Assembly: GCA_963810035.1 (NCBI GenBank)
Contig: CAWEMA010000007.1
Span: 78,317-142,316 of the forward strand
Reading direction: 5' to 3'
Origin: an uncultured Actinomycetota bacterium
GTDB lineage: Bacteria > Actinomycetota > Actinomycetes > Propionibacteriales > Nocardioidaceae
DNA length: 64,000 nucleotides
The notes beneath the pieces were generated by a model. It was not told the DNA's origin and did no database searches. It worked only from the letters and a program-made list of their open reading frames with translations. Each line of letters starts with the position of its first letter. The first letter of the stretch is position 1. A program made the position numbers and the translations under genes. Below are positions 59,576-64,000 of the stretch, piece by piece.

Positions 59576-61024
59576 GTGCGTAGAGCAAAGATCGTCTGCA
59601 CCCTCGGTCCCGCGGTGAACACCCCCGAGCGGATCCGAGCCCTGGTGGACGCCGGCATGGACGTCGCCCGGATGAACCTCAGCCACGGGTCGCACGCCGA
59701 CCACGAGCGGGTCTACCGGATGGTGCGTGAGGCCTCCGACGAGAGCGGGCACGGCGTCGGCATCTTCGCGGACCTGCAGGGTCCGAAGATCCGGCTGGGC
59801 ACCGTCGAGGACGGTCCCGTGCAGCTCCATGAGGGCCAGGAGTTCACCATCACGACCCGCGAGGTCACCGGCGACGCGAGCATCTGCTCGACGACGTACG
59901 ACGGGCTCCCCGGCGACGTGAATCCCGGCGACCCGATCCTCATCGACGACGGCAAGGTCCGGCTCGAGGTGATCGAGGTCGACGGCACCGACGTGATCAC
60001 CCGGGTCAAGGTGCCCGGCCCGGTCAGCAACCACAAGGGGATCAACCTTCCGGGGGTCGCGGTCTCCGTCCCGGCGCTGTCCGAGAAGGACATCGAGGAC
60101 CTGCGCTGGGCACTGCACATGACGGTGGACTTCATCGCGCTCTCGTTCGTGCGCTCGGCCGCCGACGCCGAGGACGTGCGCACGATCATGAAGGAGGAGA
60201 ACGTCTTCCTCCCGGTCATCGCGAAGATCGAGAAGCCGCAGGCCATCGAGAACATCGAGGAGATCGTCGACGCGTTCGACGGGTTCATGGTCGCCCGGGG
60301 CGACCTCGGGGTGGAGTGCCCGCTCGAGGACGTGCCGTTCCTGCAGAAGCAGGTCATCGAGGTGGCCCGCCGGCACGCCAAGCCGGTGATCGTGGCCACC
60401 CAGATGCTCGAGTCGATGATCTCCGCCCCGCGTCCCACCCGCGCCGAGGCCTCCGACGTCGCCAACGCCGTGCTGGACGGGGCGGACGCGGTGATGCTGT
60501 CGGGGGAGACCAGCGTGGGGGAGTTCCCCATCGACACGGTCGAGACGATGGCCCGCATCATCGAGTCGACCGAGGACCACGGGCTGACCCGGATGGCGGC
60601 CATCGACTGGCAGCCGCGCACCCGCGGCGGCGTGATCGCGAAGGCAGCCGCCGAGGTCGCCGAGCGGGTGCACGCCAAGTACCTCGTCGCGTTCACCCAG
60701 AGCGGCGACTCCGCCCGACGGCTCTCGCGCTACCGCGGGCCCATCCCCACGCTGGCCTTCACCCCGGTCCCGGTGGTGCGTTCCCAGCTGGCGCTCTCGT
60801 GGGGTGTGGAGACCTTCCTCGCCGCCCCGGTCGAGCACACCGACGAGATGGTGCGGCAGGTCGACGAGCACCTGCTCCGGATCGGGCGGGTGCAGGAGGG
60901 TGACCTGGTGGTCATCATCGCCGGCAGTCCGCCCGGCATCCCCGGCTCCACCAACGCGCTGCGGATCCACCGGATGGGGGACGCGATCAACCGGGTCGCG
61001 CCGGCCTACTTCCGGCCGGAGTGA
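59576..61024 (+). CDS. pyk: Pyruvate kinase
   Basis: AKIVCTLGP, RMNLSHG, DLQGPKIR, AKIEKP, VARGDLGVE, ATQMLESM, MLSGETS. Confidence 0.98.
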   Translation: MRRAKIVCTLGPAVNTPERIRALVDAGMDVARMNLSHGSHADHERVYRMVREASDESGHGVGIFADLQGPKIRLGTVEDGPVQLHEGQEFTITTREVTGDASICSTTYDGLPGDVNPGDPILIDDGKVRLEVIEVDGTDVITRVKVPGPVSNHKGINLPGVAVSVPALSEKDIEDLRWALHMTVDFIALSFVRSAADAEDVRTIMKEENVFLPVIAKIEKPQAIENIEEIVDAFDGFMVARGDLGVECPLEDVPFLQKQVIEVARRHAKPVIVATQMLESMISAPRPTRAEASDVANAVLDGADAVMLSGETSVGEFPIDTVETMARIIESTEDHGLTRMAAIDWQPRTRGGVIAKAAAEVAERVHAKYLVAFTQSGDSARRLSRYRGPIPTLAFTPVPVVRSQLALSWGVETFLAAPVEHTDEMVRQVDEHLLRIGRVQEGDLVVIIAGSPPGIPGSTNALRIHRMGDAINRVAPAYFRPE

Positions 61025-61141
61025 GCCCGCTCAGCACGTGAGCCCGACCAGCTCGACGAGCCGCGCCACCCCGGCGCGGGTCGGGACCGAGATGGTTGAT
61101 GAGGCACCCCGGGACGTCGCGGGCGTGCGGGGACGAACGAG

Positions 61142-61224
61142 TGCCGGGTGTGGGATTCGAACCCACAAGCCCTTTCGGGCAGTGGTGTTTGAGACCACCG
61201 CGTATGCCGTTCCGCCAACCCGGC
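61142..61224 (-). tRNA. tRNA-Leu (anticodon CAA), CCA not encoded
   Basis: Acceptor stem GCCGGGT/ACCCGGC-A; anticodon arm GTGGT-CTCAAAC-ACCAC; long variable arm; GGTTCGAATCC T-loop. Confidence 0.95.
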
Positions 61225-61330
61225 TGGGGACGGCAAGAAGGGTAGCCGACGGGGGAGCGGGATGTGGGTCCGCCCGGCCGAAACCACGCTCCGGCACCGC
61301 CTGGTCGTCCGGCGTACTAGCCTTACCGCC

Positions 61331-61948
61331 GTGAGTGCTGAGCAGGTCGCCCCCGTACGCCGTGTCGTCATCGCCGAGGACGAGGCGCTGATCCGGCTCG
61401 ACCTCGCCGAGATGCTGGCCGAGGAGGGGTACGACGTCGTCGGCCAGGCCGGGGACGGGCAGAGCGCCGTCGAGCTCGCGGAGCAGCACCGCCCCGACCT
61501 CGTCGTGCTGGACGTGAAGATGCCCAAGCTGGACGGGATCGCAGCCGCGCAGCGGATCGCCGAGCAGCGGATCGCGCCGGTGGTCATCCTGACCGCGTTC
61601 AGCCAGCGTGACCTGGTGGACCGGGCCAGGGACGCCGGGGCGATGGCCTACCTGGTCAAGCCGTTCAACAAGACCGACCTGGTGCCGGCGATCGAGATGG
61701 CGGTGAGCCGGTTCGCCGAGCTGCAGATGCTCGAGGCCGAGGTGGCCGACCTGACCGAGCGGCTCGAGACCCGCAAGGCGGTCGACCGGGCGAAGAGCGT
61801 GCTGCAGAAGCAGCTCGAGCTGAGCGAGCCGGACGCCTTCCGGTGGATCCAGAAGACCGCCATGGACCTGCGTCTGTCCATGCGGCAGGTGGCCGACGGC
61901 GTGATCACGCACGGCCCAGCGGTGTCCGGGAACGGCACCAGCGCCTAG
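61331..61948 (+). CDS. ANTAR-domain response regulator (PdtaR-like)
   Basis: IAEDE, LDVKMP, LTAFS, YLVKP; ANTAR RKAVDRAKSVL...AFRWIQKTAMD; TAGCCT 7 nt before the GTG. Confidence 0.92.
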   Translation: MSAEQVAPVRRVVIAEDEALIRLDLAEMLAEEGYDVVGQAGDGQSAVELAEQHRPDLVVLDVKMPKLDGIAAAQRIAEQRIAPVVILTAFSQRDLVDRARDAGAMAYLVKPFNKTDLVPAIEMAVSRFAELQMLEAEVADLTERLETRKAVDRAKSVLQKQLELSEPDAFRWIQKTAMDLRLSMRQVADGVITHGPAVSGNGTSA

Positions 61949-61977
61949 GCGGCAAATGGGGCAGGGTGCGAGCGCGT

Positions 61978-62004
61978 GTGACCGCCAGGTCACGAAATGG
62001 CAAC
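61978..62004 (+). promoter_or_regulatory. Candidate GlnR-type 11-bp-period boxes upstream of the ABC substrate-binding gene
   Basis: GTGAC-N6-GTCAC-N6-GCAAC; -10-like TAGGTT at 62056-62061. Confidence 0.35.
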
Positions 62005-62131
62005 GACCGGACCATCAATTGTTCTCAGATCCGCATAGGACAAGGTGTTTGGCGCTAGGTTCGCAGCATCAGAAACGCGGTCGGTACCCAGTGGGGGGCG
62101 TCCGCGCAAAGCTCCTCATGACGGAGGCTCA

Positions 62132-63418
62132 ATGACTCGCCCAAATCGCGCCTGGCGCATGGCTGTGGTGCTGGCGACCGCGTCGCTGGCCCTGACGGCC
62201 TGTGGCAACAACGACAACAACAGCGCTGGAGGCGGCTCCAGCGCCTCCGCGGCGCCGAGCTCGAAGGCTCCGGCAAAGGGTGACGGGACGCTGACCATCG
62301 GCACGCTGCTGCCGCAGACCGGTGACCTGGCCTTCCTCGGCCCGCCGGAGTTCGCCGGCGTGCAGACCGCGATCGACGACATCAACGCGGCCGGCGGGTA
62401 CAACGGCAAGGACGTCGTCCAGGTCAAGGCCGACTCCGGTGACGGTACGCCGGACATCGCCGGTGCCCAGACCGACAAGCTCCTGGACGCCAACGCCGAC
62501 GCCATCGTCGGCGCCGCATCGTCCTCGGTGTCGCTGAGCGTCATCGACAAGATCACCGGCGCCGGTGTCGTGCAGTTCTCGCCCGCGAACACGTCGCCGG
62601 CTCTGGACGACCCGAAGACGGACCCGAAGAACCTGTACTTCCGCACCGCTCCGTCCGACGTCCTGCAGGGCGCCGTGATGGCGAACACCCTGATCGAGGA
62701 CGGCAAGAACAACGTCGCGATCCTGGCCCGCCAGGACTCCTACGGTGAGCTTCTCGCCGGGCAGATCGACAAGGGCATCAAGGCCGGCGGCGGCAACGTG
62801 GCGATCAAGAAGCTCTACTCGGCCGACGCGACGAACTTCACCGCCGAGGTGAACAGCGTCGCCGCGGCCAAGCCCGACGCCATCGTTCTGGTCGCCTTCG
62901 ACGAGACGAAGAAGCTCATCCCGCAGCTGATCGCCAAGGGTGTCGGCCCGCAGGACGTGCAGACCTACTTCGTGGACGGCAACACCGCCGACTACTCGAA
63001 GGACTTCCCGAAGGGCACGCTCACGGGCGTGAAGGCGACGTACCCCGGTGCGGAGCTGACCTCGGACTTCAAGGCCCGGATGAAGAAGACGAACCCGAAG
63101 CTCAGCGACTTCACCTACGGTCCCGAGTCCTACGACGCCACGGTGCTCACCGCGCTGGCCGCCATCGAGGCCAAGACCGACGACCCGACGACGTTCGCGC
63201 CGGACATCATCAAGGTCTCCAAGGACGGCACCGAGTGCTCCAGCTTCAAGGAGTGCGCGGACCTGCTGAAGAAGGGCGAGGACATCGACTACCAGGGCGT
63301 CTCGGGTCCGTGCGACCTGGGCGACACCGGCAGCCCGACCAAGGCCACGATCGGCATCTTCAAGTACGACGCCACCAACACGTACAAGGCCATGAAGTAC
63401 GTCACCGGCGTGATCTGA
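62132..63418 (+). CDS. Liv-type (class I) ABC substrate-binding lipoprotein
   Basis: Lipobox LTAC; GTLLPQTGDLAFLGPPE, GAASSSVS, RTAPSD, SYDA; RBS GGAGG. Confidence 0.9.
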   Translation: MTRPNRAWRMAVVLATASLALTACGNNDNNSAGGGSSASAAPSSKAPAKGDGTLTIGTLLPQTGDLAFLGPPEFAGVQTAIDDINAAGGYNGKDVVQVKADSGDGTPDIAGAQTDKLLDANADAIVGAASSSVSLSVIDKITGAGVVQFSPANTSPALDDPKTDPKNLYFRTAPSDVLQGAVMANTLIEDGKNNVAILARQDSYGELLAGQIDKGIKAGGGNVAIKKLYSADATNFTAEVNSVAAAKPDAIVLVAFDETKKLIPQLIAKGVGPQDVQTYFVDGNTADYSKDFPKGTLTGVKATYPGAELTSDFKARMKKTNPKLSDFTYGPESYDATVLTALAAIEAKTDDPTTFAPDIIKVSKDGTECSSFKECADLLKKGEDIDYQGVSGPCDLGDTGSPTKATIGIFKYDATNTYKAMKYVTGVI

Positions 63419-63434
63419 TCCCAGCACGACAGCG

Positions 63435-63468
63435 AGAAGGGGCCCGACCTGTTGGTCGGGCCCCTTCT
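63435..63468. terminator. 15-bp inverted repeat between convergent genes
   Basis: AGAAGGGGCCCGACC-TGTT-GGTCGGGCCCCTTCT. Confidence 0.75.
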
Positions 63469-63523
63469 TCGTGCTGCGGGAGCGGCGGCGCGACGTACGC
63501 CCGAGGCGACGACGCGCTGCCGG

Positions 63524-64000
63524 TCAGTTCTTCTTGGCGAGCGTTCCGAGGTAGAGCTCGATGACCTTGGGGTCGTTGATCAGGTCCTTGCCGTTCGCGG
63601 TGTACGCGTTGCGGCCCTGGTCCAGCACGTAGCCGCGGTCGCAGATCTGCAGGCACCGCTTGGCGTTCTGCTCCACCATGACCACCGAGACACCGGCGCG
63701 GTTGATCCGGCGGGTCTGCACGAACACCTCGTCCTGGAGGACCGGCGAGAGACCGGCCGAGGGCTCGTCGAGGAGCAGCACCGAGGGCTCCATCATCAGG
63801 GCGCGTCCCATGGCGACCATCTGCCGCTCGCCACCGGACAGGGAGCCGGCACGCTGCGCCTTGCGGTCGATCAGGGCCGGGAACAGGTCGCCGACGAACT
63901 CGAAGCGTTTCTTGAACGACTTCGGGCGCTGGTAGACGCCCATCTCGAGGTTCTCCTGGATGGTCAGGGAGGGGAAGACGTTGTTCGTCTGCGGCACGAA
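63524..64000 (-). CDS. livF: LivF-like branched-chain amino acid ABC ATPase (5' part outside the window)
   Basis: VFPSLTIQENL, GSLSGGERQMVAMGRAL, LLDEPSAGL, VEQN. Confidence 0.88.
   Translation of the reverse strand, partial: FVPQTNNVFPSLTIQENLEMGVYQRPKSFKKRFEFVGDLFPALIDRKAQRAGSLSGGERQMVAMGRALMMEPSVLLLDEPSAGLSPVLQDEVFVQTRRINRAGVSVVMVEQNAKRCLQICDRGYVLDQGRNAYTANGKDLINDPKVIELYLGTLAKKN

Noticed and set aside
61025-61330. Integrative element at tRNA-Leu(CAA)
   Set aside because: No integrase and no duplicated tRNA 3' end; the pyk-tRNA-ANTAR regulator backbone is intact.
61977-61994. CRP/GlxR site (TGTGA...TCACG)
   Set aside because: The spacer is 8 nt, not the required 6.

Overview
High-GC actinobacterial chromosome segment; the gene content suggests Nocardioidaceae, which is an impression only. 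The backbone is dnaE ... ybaK/LON-N, his genes, trp genes, lgt, gltBD, pyk, tRNA-Leu(CAA), an ANTAR response regulator and a Liv-type ABC transporter. A ~22-kb choline/glycine-betaine/C1 island (7.1-28.9 kb) sits between dnaE and hisD. It combines betB/betA, a quaternary-amine ABC importer, a dimethylglycine oxidase-like GcvT-family flavoprotein coupled to etfBA, metF and purU with a complete corrinoid methyl-transfer module of a type best characterised in anaerobes: a non-pyrrolysine MttB-family methyltransferase, a corrinoid protein, a pterin-binding methyltransferase, an ASKHA/2Fe-2S reactivase and DUF1638. The sequence also shows a regulatory layer. Pairs of a 17-bp GTTGCG-N5-CGCAAC palindrome, exactly 19 bp apart, occur at four island promoters. 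A different paired palindrome (GTTCCA-N5-TGGAAC type) lies at the corrinoid module, so the two IclR regulators appear to have separate operators. Other signals: a scar showing an SDR gene inserted into the 3' end of DUF1638, an in-frame GNAT-chorismate mutase-PPOX read-through, a DUF222/HNH gene with an exact RecA-NDp (PafBC-type) promoter between REP-like repeats, inverted priA-hisF, and no trpE at its usual position. Product calls come from recognising motifs in the translations; no database search was run.
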